Part shown: positions 52,066 to 64,000 of the stretch, piece after piece
Numbering within the stretch: position 1 is the stretch's first letter
Layout: every line of letters begins with the position of its first letter
Assembly: GCA_003344405.1 (NCBI GenBank)
Contig: NOWV01000153.1
Span: forward strand, 62,001 to 126,000
DNA: 64,000 nucleotides
Source: Trichoplax sp. H2
Taxonomy: Eukaryota
Reading direction: 5' to 3'
Program-made: the position numbers and the translations under genes
Notes under the pieces: generated by a model
What the model was told of the DNA's origin: nothing
The model's input: the letters and a program-made list of their open reading frames with translations, nothing else
Databases searched by the model: none

Positions 52066-53389
52066 ATTTTATCGTTTAAATTAAATTAATCCAACGAATT
52101 GAAACTGATGCAGCGCTTAAATGTACAGTATACTATTTACGCTATTTAAAACTATTTAAAAATCAATCCATGGATTGATATTCTTAATTTGATGTCTGCT
52201 TTACGTAGAGTATTAATACTGAATAATCATGTAATTGCTTATGATAATTATACTGTAATATTTTGTTGAAAGAAAATTACTAGCAGTGTCCTGCTATCGA
52301 AAGTGTCGAAGTTGTTCCTTTATTCGAAAATTAATTTAATTAGTAATCAATCTAAAGATCTTCCAAGGAAGAGCAACTCATGTCGTATTTATCCTGTATT
52401 TTGTGGACTCCTTGTCATTTTAACTTTATTTATGGATAGTATTCCTTATCGTATCATAATTTTATTACGCATTTACAGTGGATATTTCTATTATGTCTCT
52501 AAGCTATGACCCTACTAATAATTAAGGAGCTTGTTTCTGCATAAAAACGAGTGCATGTGTTTTGATTATACACCACCAAAAACAGATCGAATAAATAAAT
52601 TATTATTTATTCAGTGCAATACTAATTCGATTGCAGCGATCGCTTATAAATTGTTTATTACTAGCTAGTCTTGTAGTTAGCATACAGTAATGGCTAATAT
52701 ATACCGTTGTATTTAACGTACGATTGCCGTGCAATCGATTTTACATCTGTCAATAGTTTTCGTTCAATACACCATAATCGACTGATGGCTACTAAAACTA
52801 ATTTTAATTGCGGTCCATTTCTAGTGATAGCCAAAATATCGATTAATGTTTATCAAACCCTCCAAGGACACATATCGAAGGTTCACTTCTTAATCAGTTC
52901 GAACCAGTTATACCTGCAAGGTTGATTATTTATTACTATTAATAATCAATATTCTAACGAGCAGCTTCGCTTTGCGAACTAATTCTAGTACTAATCTGCT
53001 GGACGAGTTATAACAATGAGTATAGAATTAACCATAAGACTTGTGTACAGTACGGTACGCAGTCATGGGCTACTAAATTCGGTACTATAGTTCATGGTAA
53101 GGTGCGATAATGACCAAGGCAGGGACGTCAGTTGTCCCTGGCAACCACTGGAAGACCATCTAGCCATCTTGGATAAATGTAATAGCTGAAAGCCGAGCGC
53201 GAATCTGCAGTTGATTTCTATACAAATACACTATGCAAGTGTGCAATCTTGACTACGCGAGAAAAGAGTCAACAAACTGATAGTTGCGTGACTACTCTAA
53301 ATTTATACTCTTTAGTCAGTTTACGATTCTCGATTTTGGACGCGTATAATATATAAATTAATCGGCCTGAATTATATTCATGGTCAATC

Positions 53390-54904
53390 ATGGATGAACA
53401 AATCAACTATATCGATTCTGGATTTTTATTCGGTGATCAACTCTTCTACCCTGTAGCTATTTTACTCATTTCATCCATACTAGCTTATTTCTTATATCGC
53501 AATATTATTGCACCACTGTACTATTTCCAACGCTTAGGCATTCCCAGTCCAAAACAAACCCCTTTCTTTGGTCATGTACTAAATATCAATCGTGATGGCT
53601 TTCAACATACTTACTTAAATTACACAAAACAAATGGGTCCTGTATACGGTTTAATGTTTGGCCGCGTACCTGAAATGGTAATATCAGATTTAGATATGGT
53701 CAAAGAAATTACTGTTAAGAGATTCAATCAATTTATTAATCGAGCTGAATTAATTAATCTTCCTAAAGAATCTCCTTTCTATGACGGGTTATTACGTTTA
53801 CGTGATCATCAGTGGAAGAGAGTTCGCGGCTTACTTGTGCCAACATTTAGCGGTGCTAAAATGCGACAAATTATTACCATTATGAATAATATTAGCCAAG
53901 GTCTAGTTGATCGACTGTTACAAAAATGCCAACAAGACGGTCAGATTGATATTTGGCAAGCTTATGGTCAAGTGACGATGCAAATTATATTAGCGATCGC
54001 TTTCGGTGTCGAATCGCACGGTCATAATGGATCTGACAATCTAACCAAGTCTGCTCGACGTATTACAGGAGTAGCCACTCGATTAATAGTATTAGTCCCG
54101 CTTTTCCCCAGTTTTATAGTACGATTATTACTTACGTTGAGGGGAAAAGGACGAGATGATGCCACATTTTTACGTGATACTGCTATGAAAGTGATTGAAT
54201 CAAGACGCGCTCATGGTCTGTCGTCTCGTAAAGACTTATTACAATTAATGATCGATGCTGGAGATAACGGTAAGCTGACTGACACCGAAGTTATTGCACA
54301 ATCCATCGTTTTCTTAATTGCCGGTTATGAAACTACAAGTAATGCATTAGCTTTTACCAGTTATCTACTAGCACTTAACCCCGATATACAAGATAAATTA
54401 ATTAAGGAAATTGATGAAAAATGTCCAGACGAGAATGCAATCGATTACGATACTATATCGAATTTAACTTACTTAGATATGGTTTTAGATGAAGCTATGA
54501 GAATATATCCACCAGCCTTCCGATTCAATCGAGAGGCAAGTGAGGATATTACTATTAACAATATTTTTATACCTAAAGGCATGACTGTCACTATTCCAAT
54601 TATCGCGATACATCATGACCCCAAGCTATGGCCTAATCCTGATAAATTCGATCCAGAACGATTTTCAGCTAAGGCTAAGGCAGAACGTAATCCATATAGT
54701 TATATGCCGTTCGGAGTTGGTCCAAGAGCCTGCATTGGGATGCGATTGGCTGTTATTGAAGCTAAACTAATATTAATTCGAACTTTGCAGCAAGTTCGGT
54801 TCACCGTAGTTAAAGAAACGCCTATTCCTCTGAAATTTCGAGGAGGTGTTGTCACTTCGCCTAAAAATGGAATACGATTAGGATTAACCCCTAGAAATGT
54901 ATAG
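53390..54904 (+). CDS. Cytochrome P450, clan 3 (CYP3-like), intronless, 504 aa
   Basis: Membrane anchor, WKRVR, PTFSGAKMR, I-helix AGYETTS, EAMR, PERF and heme motif PFGVGPRACIG. Confidence 0.95.
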   Translation: MDEQINYIDSGFLFGDQLFYPVAILLISSILAYFLYRNIIAPLYYFQRLGIPSPKQTPFFGHVLNINRDGFQHTYLNYTKQMGPVYGLMFGRVPEMVISDLDMVKEITVKRFNQFINRAELINLPKESPFYDGLLRLRDHQWKRVRGLLVPTFSGAKMRQIITIMNNISQGLVDRLLQKCQQDGQIDIWQAYGQVTMQIILAIAFGVESHGHNGSDNLTKSARRITGVATRLIVLVPLFPSFIVRLLLTLRGKGRDDATFLRDTAMKVIESRRAHGLSSRKDLLQLMIDAGDNGKLTDTEVIAQSIVFLIAGYETTSNALAFTSYLLALNPDIQDKLIKEIDEKCPDENAIDYDTISNLTYLDMVLDEAMRIYPPAFRFNREASEDITINNIFIPKGMTVTIPIIAIHHDPKLWPNPDKFDPERFSAKAKAERNPYSYMPFGVGPRACIGMRLAVIEAKLILIRTLQQVRFTVVKETPIPLKFRGGVVTSPKNGIRLGLTPRNV

Positions 54905-57900
54905 ACTAGGTTATTATTCATGCACTAAAGAACTGATTCCCATCTAGAAATCTGTTAGCCTGATCAAGCTGAAAACAGGAGTCTTCCTGACGGAAGTGAA
55001 TTTCATGATCTCGTTTTACCTTCATGAAAATAGTTCAACCCTCGTATTTGTAATACGAATTGTAACAAAAACATTATGCTTTTTACCTTATATAAAATGA
55101 AAGCATAATAACAACCGTAGTTCAAAATTAAATTGTAGGGAAGTTATAGGAAATTAATTCTGTTTGGATTACTATTACAATTTATTACCGAAAAATTACT
55201 ACATCTTGCATCATTTAAGAATTGCAACATGTTATTTAAGTAACTGAAAAGTTTCGGAATGTGACTACATCAAGTACTTAAAATTATATCCAATAACTAA
55301 CTATACTACACGTAGTCAGATCAGAAGTTATCTATTACGGCACATGGCATAACACATCATCCTGACGTACAACGCCATTCTTTATTTGCTAATACTCTGA
55401 GATAGAAAATTTATACGCGCTTCTATAAATTTTCGAAAGCCTGGTTAAGATTAATTCTCGGAAATTTCGAGTGCTGTTTTTATCAGAGGTCAATAGCTAC
55501 ATAAGTGTTTCATTACAAGCTTAATGGAAATTTAAATTTCTGTTAGTTGTAAACAAGACAATAGCATGGAAAAAATCCGCTCTATCTTAGTTATTATAAA
55601 CAGATGCACTCAGTTTTATCAAAGACGTATGGAAAGATAATTACCACCAATCTAAAATTTAAAATTAATGTGATTATAGGCGTACCTCAAAGTGATCCCT
55701 TTCGTTTAAGAACCTTAAAGAATTAAAATCTTAGAATTATATCGTTCAGCTAATACATCGAGCAACATATGTATATGAATAAAAATGAGATTATTGTTAA
55801 TATATAAAGTTTCAAATCTCGATCAATATATGTGAACACTTTTTCTTTGTATCAAGCTTGCATAATCTACTACATAAATTCGATTACAATTATTGACAAA
55901 AAGTTTTATGTTATTTTATTCTTGAATTAAACTTTTCAAAATTGTTATGTGTCGGCTACGTTATCAATTGATTAAATAAACGCTAAGATCGCGAAGGCTA
56001 TTCTTAATGATACTCCGCCGGCAAATCAAGCTTGGATCCCTATATTCTCCCTCATAAGCAGTTTCAAACTGAAAAGCTATGCTAAAACAAGCTCGTCTTC
56101 ATCCATTCGCATTAATAAAGTTTATAAAAATTAAACATATGTTAAATCGAATATGCATAAAAAGATAGGAATTGACTGTTTTCTTTACGTTTACTGCTTT
56201 CATAACAAATCTGAAACGGGATAGCCAACACTTCCAAGAAAGCATTCTATAAGCTATCTGCTCAATTGCTACGACTCATTTAATCCGAAAAGCACTAAAA
56301 TGGTATTTGGCACAATATTAGCATTGACAATATATCTTACTAAACTTAAGGACTATGCTTTCTGAAACGCTATGAATATGATACGTGCTTTGATGACAGA
56401 GAAGAATCGGTTATAGCTAAATAATGGAAATTTGCATTAGAAAACTTTCTCACATCAATTGGTAAAAAGAAAATCATAAATAAATACTTAATAGTCTCTT
56501 ATTTAACCTAGACAGTGAATTTAAATTTAAAATCCAATACAATATTTCTTGTAGTAACCATTTGAATTAATATACGTGTATAAATTGAATAGATTTAAAA
56601 CATATAATGTGGTCTATTAATTAATTACTAGATATAATATACACGAACTGAACAATTGCAAGCTATTTAATAGGGCAGAAAATATATTCTATACACTCAA
56701 TATACTACAAAAGGTGGCTCGAATTGAGATATATTAATTATAGTTATCTTTAAAACTTAATCGTGGAAGAAAAGACTTGTAATCGTAAGTTCTGACTAAA
56801 GGAGGATCTAGTACTGTTTTAGCTCATAATTTCGAAAAATATTGATATATTTAGCCATAAATATTACTTGCTGGTTCTATAAAAGCAATTTTAAGAAATT
56901 ATTTACAGATTAAATTGATACCTGTCACCTTATTAGCTATCGCTAACAAACAAGCAGTTAAATATCTTTCCAAAGTATATCTGTAAGAAGAATCTCCAAC
57001 TATCGCTAAAATAACACATGGAAGATCTAATAAATCAATATAATTTTCTCCTATTTATTTAAGGTTACATTACTGCTAAGAATACATAAGAGTTTATTAT
57101 AATGCTAGTCATCGCTACTCAAAACAATATGCACGTAGATTCACATATAAAGAAAAGATCTTGTTTTTGTGGATTAAAAACTACAATAATTATATCCATT
57201 TCTTCATTACAACAAATAAAGCTTATGAGCTACAAAAATAGTATTATTATCGTATTTAATCATATATATGTACTAGTGACAGTATCGGTATTGGTAAAAA
57301 TGATAGTCAAAAAATCCCTTCATCTTGTAATATAGGCATCCCTGGCAACAAGAAAATATTTGTGCTATCTAATTATAATCAGTGTTATGGTATGCTGATA
57401 TTTAACTAAATTTGATCTAATTTGCTTATTTTAACATTTTATGTTGATAGAGTCTAGTGGCATTAGTTTAAAGCTCTTCAGCCAATCCCTTATCCTCAAT
57501 CTTGCATAAGTAATACATTGTATTAGGATCTAATAAATACATCAGATTCAAATTATATCTTATTAAAATCAGCTACGAATCCTTAAATCTAATGAAAATG
57601 CGTCATATTTGCATATGTTAGCACACACAATCTTTTTCAATTCGGTGGTTGTATTCGATGTCTAAATAGCACATTTATGGAATACTTTACACGGTAACTT
57701 ATCATAGATAAAAAATGATTCGTATGATGCAATGTAAAGCACAGCATACCATAGTCCTTAATGATAAAAGTTGTGCCTGCACACTTATTAACTGTACGTC
57801 AGTTATAGCAATAATATACTAAATTCGGCCTAGGCCGTAAACGAAATTAATAAGGCAATTAGGTTTTCAATTAATTTTTTCAATTCAAATACTCTTCGAT

Positions 57901-60900
57901 TTTCTTTAATAACACTAAAAGGCGTACTAAATTATGGCAACCTACAAATACTGACAAGATAGTTTATTTCAAAGCTTTTTAGACTTAGATCTTATTACTG
58001 CTAACTACTTATCAATCGATTGAAAATATATTTAAATTAAATAAGGATTTTAAAAACGTCCATCATAATCTGCTGGTGGCTAAATTAGAGCTCTGTTTTC
58101 TTCAATTTTCCATAGAGTCTTTCTACTGATTAAGAAAGCCACCAAATAAAATTTTACAATTTCATTAATCATTACGAATAACCATTACACTGCTATAAGA
58201 TAGCAAGAAATTTTAATACTAAAAATTTTAATTTTATTGTAAAATTGCAAGTCGGATAGAATACCATAAATGAACACCTTGTCTTAGTTTTTCTTTCGTA
58301 ATTAATATAGGCCAAACTACAGTACATGCACAATAATCCCGATGATATTTTTAGCTAGACCAATCAAATTAAGTTAAAAACTTTTAAATATTTATTTGCA
58401 GTTAGTATCGATTTCCATACATGGAACTAATCAGGGATCATGAAATGGGCTTTACGATAATAACAAAGTATGGCTTAATAATATCAAGCTGCAGTGGTAT
58501 ATCGACGAGGATTCCTAATAGAATTATTTTAGATCACTATTAGGAATTTCTAGATAACGGTTACTTTGTATTTCGCAGGATAGTATACATGGATTATCAT
58601 AATACTTTGACAAGAAATACTGTACCGGCGATTAGATATTTCTAGATATGAGATACCATCTAACCGCTATGTAGCAATACTATTTGATTTTATTGCTTTC
58701 GTGAGCAAACGTGAAAATGTTGATATTCAGTAAATTGCAATGTGCTTTTCAATTAAGTTAGCCATTCAATTATTTACCGTATCTTACAGTAGACAATTTA
58801 AGCTAACTCATTAACTATCTTAGAATTATCTCTACAAAATCTAGCCATTTCGATCAAATCTATCTCAAGCGATATTGAATCAACTTTCTACAGAAAAGTA
58901 TGCTGAATTCCAAATTCCTGCCTAAAATATTCAATTTCTTGTATGCTAATGAACTCTGTCATTCAGTCTAAACTCACTTATTCCTTTTAAATTTCGAAGA
59001 TAAGGGCCAATAGTTGATATTTCAATCAACCGAAAAATTAATCAAAGCCGTTCAATTTAAGTATTCCATCGATCTTATTGTATCCACGTTTAAAGTTCTA
59101 CACTTTTTTTCATGAGTCAAGTTTAACAATTCCATTGACTGCAAAGCAACAAATAACTGTATTTCTTTAGAAGAGGTGCAGTATAATACTGTGTCGTAAT
59201 TGAAGATGGTCTATAGAGACTTGATCATGGCATTTACCATTTAAGGATGTTATAATACAAGGCAACATTTTCGCTTTAAATAACATCATTCTTTCGAACA
59301 CTAAAACATATACAAGATATTTATAAACTTGACCTATAAGGTGCTTTAGGCTAAAGTAATTGCTGGTTACTGTTACTATTTAAGGACATATTGCTGTCTA
59401 TCATTTAAATATTATGACGTAATGCGGTATGGCGAATAAAAATATCACAAGTGGTATCTTAATATAGATCATTCAGCCTAATTAAGTAAAACAATTTCAC
59501 AAGGTAAGTATTAGCGTCGAGACATTGCTTTGACATTGGTTTGACGTAAAGGATACTTAATTCCCGGGTATACAGCATATTGATTCTATAGTGCTGTACA
59601 GTATACTGTACTACTACTGTTAGCAGTTGAGCGATCAAAAATCGATTTCAACTTAAAAAAAAATTTTTAAGAAAGTAACCGATACTGAATAGAGCATAAG
59701 TATCGAGAGATTTGGATTGGTGGTGTTGCTCTTTAATCGTACAAAAACTAAATAGATTTTACCAATAACTAGGGTAGTCTATATTTTTTTCGATAACTTT
59801 AACCCAGAAAATTAAAGCAATAATAACCTTGACCAACATAAACTATTCAAGCTTCAATAGAAAATGAATAATGCATGAAACAATAAACAACAGCTGCAAC
59901 TTTCTCAGTTTGACTAAAGCATTGAAACAAATTATTTATTAATTAGTACGACACTTGTAATAGCCAGTCTTTTTATTGATCACTCTATTTATTGATCACT
60001 CTATTAATAATACATCATCCTGCTTGGATTTTCCTTTGATTAATACTCTCAATATATTCATCCAAGTCTCTTATAACAAATAGAATTGTCAAAGATTATA
60101 AAAGTCTTGTTCCTTTCCGCTCTTATCAATATTCCAAACTAATGTCTTTGCAAATTGGTACATTCTATCTTCACTTTTCCACCCAATCTTACCAGTTATA
60201 GAGGATAAAGGTTTCAGGTAAAAAATTGCTTTTGGAGCATTTTCATGTCAACTGAAATACTTGCATATTGTTAGATGGATATTTTGATACTTTTCTATAA
60301 CAATAACGACCCTGTCTAACGAACTTGGTTCAATATCGTAATATTTTTCTTTTACTACTTTAAAATGAATCCGATCGCTATCGAGTGCGAACGACCATGA
60401 TTGCTTATTTCATTGATACTCATACTCATACTTTAAGTGTTGGAAGAGTATTGCTAATGACATTTATTTCTTTAAAAATTATGTTACTAATATACTCGGG
60501 ATCAATGTTGAATTTTTCAATACGATTCTATTCGAATATGGTTCACTCGGGTATTCTCTCGTCAATATTACGCAGTACTTTGCTAGCAGTGATAGATTAT
60601 CAAAGATCCCATTCTTATTAAAAGTATACATTAAAGTATCTAAATAAGAAATTATTTCTAATTTTTATAAGGATCATTAATCGATTCGAATGTGCTTGAA
60701 ATTGCTGGTCTTGATCATAATTATAACAGGTAGATATTACATGACAACAATTAGCCAACATTCCTTGGTTATTATCACTATTCATCTCTATTCATCTTCA
60801 TGACTATCTAACCTTTCTTGCTTGAAAAAGGCCAAAAAACAATACTAATATCCAGCAAATACTATTTACATAGACTACAGTACTTTTAGAGTTGAAATAT

Positions 60901-61401
60901 TTCTGGAAAATAAATTTAATTTCAAATTAAAAATTCCTCTCTAAAAATTGCCATCAAATTTTCCTTCTTCATTTTGAAACCGTCCATTGCTAAAAATTTA
61001 ATGTAGACTCATGTATTTTTTAATGATGAATTTGCCGAGTATCTTGACTTAAGATTATTACTGTTTGTTTTTTAAAGCTCCTACATGAGCGTTACATTAT
61101 CTCATAAATATGAAACCAAAATTGCATAATAACTATACTAGTATATTGCTTTCATCATATTAAAAATGCAGAATATATCTGTAATAGCTTGCTCTATTAC
61201 GCTAGGTCCTAAGTTTATGTCGTAAGTAGCACAAGCTTAAAGTTGATCGTATTATCAAGCACCCGTTGATTTATTAGACTTTAGTACATCTTAGTATCAT
61301 CGTTAACACGACTTAACGCCACTTCTCTACAATATCCAATGAGATTTGACGGTATGAAAAATAGTTTTCTCGATTCAATTGTAAGTTACAGTAATCATTT
61401 T

Positions 61402-62179
61402 AAGATATGAAATAAAGATACGTGACAGAGACCGATATGTAAACAAATTCAGTGCATAATTAAGAGTTATCTGTGTTATCGTTAATGATGTCAATATGAA
61501 CATCGAATTTCTATCATGACTAATTCATATTGAGATAAATTCATAGAATCTACGAACTGATTTTATAGAAAGACNNNNNNNNNNNNNNNNNNNNAATCTC
61601 TAAAAATTGAGCTGTACATGGACGAAGGTTAAGCGTCTTAACACCTGATAGCTTGTAGCTATCTAAGTCTGAGAATATCGACATGTATATTTAGTAATGG
61701 TATTATACTAATTAATGTAACTTATAAAGCATGAATTCTCACTCGTTAATATTGGGATTCACTGTAGAAACCTATTTAAGCGCGTGTGTTTGTAGAATAA
61801 AGTAAGTAATTGCTCAAGAAACGGCAAGACTCATATCGTGAAGAATAGTGTAATAATTAGTCAGTTGTCTGTGGAGATCAGCCGGGAAATCGAGTTCTCA
61901 AATACTTCTCTCATAGAAACTGAAAGTACTGGGAGAAATAGCCCAAGTTTTAAGTAACTACACTAGAGTTCTTTACTTTCCTTTGCCACAAGTGAGGGTT
62001 GTGACAAAGATATGAAATAAAGATACGTGACAGAGACAGATATGTAAACAAATTCAGTGCATAATTAAGAGTTATCTGTGTTATCGTTAATGATGTCAAT
62101 ATGAACATCGATTTTCTATCATGACTAATTCATAATGAGATAAAGTCATAGAATCTACGAACTGATTTTATAGAAAGAC
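61402..62179. repeat. 173-bp duplication (61402-61574 vs 62007-62179) around a 20-N gap; probable allelic overlap
   Basis: The first copy ends exactly at the gap (61575-61594). I count 4 substitutions between the copies, and their upstream flanks differ completely. Confidence 0.8.
61595..62006 (+). mobile_element. Partial LTR-like element whose left end is lost in the gap
   Basis: Ends ...GAGGGTTGTGACA exactly where similarity to the other copy begins. TATTTAAG (61773) is followed by AATAAA (61796-61801). Confidence 0.55.
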
Positions 62180-64000
62180 GGGCAATAACCAAAGTAATTG
62201 AAAGTAGCTCTGCATTTACTCAGGATACTTTAATGGCTACTTAAGCGGATACCTTGCTAACGTTAATGTATCTAACTGACTTAACGAAAGTCAATCTCGT
62301 GCAACGAAATTATTTGCTTCCTGTGAATTAAATCATCAATTTGCATTAACTCACTAGAAAATAGAGTATTTTGGAATCACTAGTTGGCTTAACTTCGACT
62401 ATAAACGGTCACATACGATTATGATTAAGTACCATCTCTAATTTTACAACTTTTTGATGCAGTTAGTAGTCGAGTAGTAAAAAAATAAGAAATATCCATC
62501 TGCATTTCATTCTCATTTTGATAGCCATAGTCGTACCTTGGCCATATTTCGTCTATTGGATAAAGTAGAATGTTTAAGAGGCTAAAATTTTGTCTCTGCC
62601 TTATCCATTAATTTACTAACCATTGTGATTATCAAAAGTATGCTATTTGAACATAGATCAACAGAAATATTGCCATGACTATTTTCTCTATATAGCTACC
62701 GAATTCATTCTATCTACGGATATAATTAACAATCCCCTATGAACAATAATGATCAAGCATGATATCATATCAATTACATTTTTCGTTGTTGTGAGTCTTT
62801 ACCTAATTCATTAAAAGTGTTTCTCCTGATCTTACTGAGTATAACTTATTATCATTGAAAATATGGCTTCAACTATGTAGCAGCTATTATAGTTCGAGTT
62901 TTAACAAAAGGGATTTGTATAAAATTAAGACACTATACAATAAAGGAATATCTGAATAATCGATACTAAAGGCTTCGTTCCTCAAAATCTAATAAGATAA
63001 TAATTCGAATTAATACATCTGAAATAAGTTCTAGAGCAAGCGTGGCGGAACGAACGAGACAAACATATCAGCAAAGCATAAAACTTTATTGATACTTATA
63101 AGCGCGAACTAATGTATTACGACAGCAACGCTCATATATATATGATCTATCATGGAATATTATAGAACTTATTCGTAGTTATTATTATATACATCGAATG
63201 AGTATTCTACAAGATTCTACATGCATATGAGGTTTGAATACATATGCATTTAAGACTGACCCATAAGAAGTCACTTTACTAATATTATGGCAAGATCGAG
63301 ATAATTTTTAAATCTCACGTCAGTGAAGATGAACCATAGATTAATCTTAGATTAGGGTTCAAGAAGCACGATCAAATTTGTACAATAATGAATGCAATGA
63401 CTCTAACTGATAGTCTATACTGACTGGAGTTAAATCGCGTTAATAATAAATAAGATCAAGCGTAAAATCGTAAGTAAATAATATCCATTCAGTTTGACTA
63501 GTTGCATCACGTAGTTTGACTTGTGATCTTTGATTGTAATTGATCAGGAATTTTTAAACATATTTCGTCTATTGAAATTATTTACAGTCTGGACCTTAAA
63601 TTGAATAAAAGCTATCTTTTTGTGACATTACTGAAGGTCTAAAATGTCGTCTATTTATTTTAAGACTTCATAAGATGTTAAACTGATATATCAAATTATT
63701 AGTAAAGGTGCCTATTAGGATAGATGCAGTAAATGTGGATAGATACTTATTTTTACATACGATTATTAAAATCGACCTTCAACACTTTAAAACAATATTT
63801 TTTGTTTTTACAACATGTCAAAATGGATTTTTATAACATCAACGATATCATATACTACTTCTGACATCTGATAGAAGTTGGGCAGCCAGTTAAAAAGTTC
63901 CAAGAACTCAGTTGGAATCAAATTCAGCTGATCTAATTCACACAACCCGTATAATAAGCAGTAAGCTGATTGTTTACATTGGCCAAGAAACTCTGAGGCT

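Overview
AT-rich, intron-containing animal genomic DNA. Composition and gene style suggest an early-branching metazoan such as a placozoan, but this is inference only. Reading splice sites by hand recovers two multi-exon genes that the ORF track largely misses: a Sim/HIF/Trh-class bHLH-PAS transcription factor (23.8-27.5 kb, with a probable first coding exon at 13.6 kb) and a 4-exon PPP1R14/CPI-17/PHI-1-family PP1 inhibitor (44.05-47.26 kb). Between and beside them are a tandem array of six intronless omega-class glutathione transferases and two intronless clan-3 cytochrome P450s. In every GST copy the omega catalytic Cys (RF-C-PF) is replaced by Asp (RF-D-PY), and one copy is interrupted by a single in-frame TAG. 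GST and CYP upstream regions carry ARE, XRE-like and AP-1 motifs, so the region may be a chemical-defence neighbourhood. Also present are up to four LTR-like remnants (one with a perfect 5-bp TSD) and two 20-N gaps flanked by duplicated sequence that looks like uncollapsed haplotypes. One of these exposes an apparently polymorphic LTR insertion. I found no tRNA, rRNA or CRISPR features.
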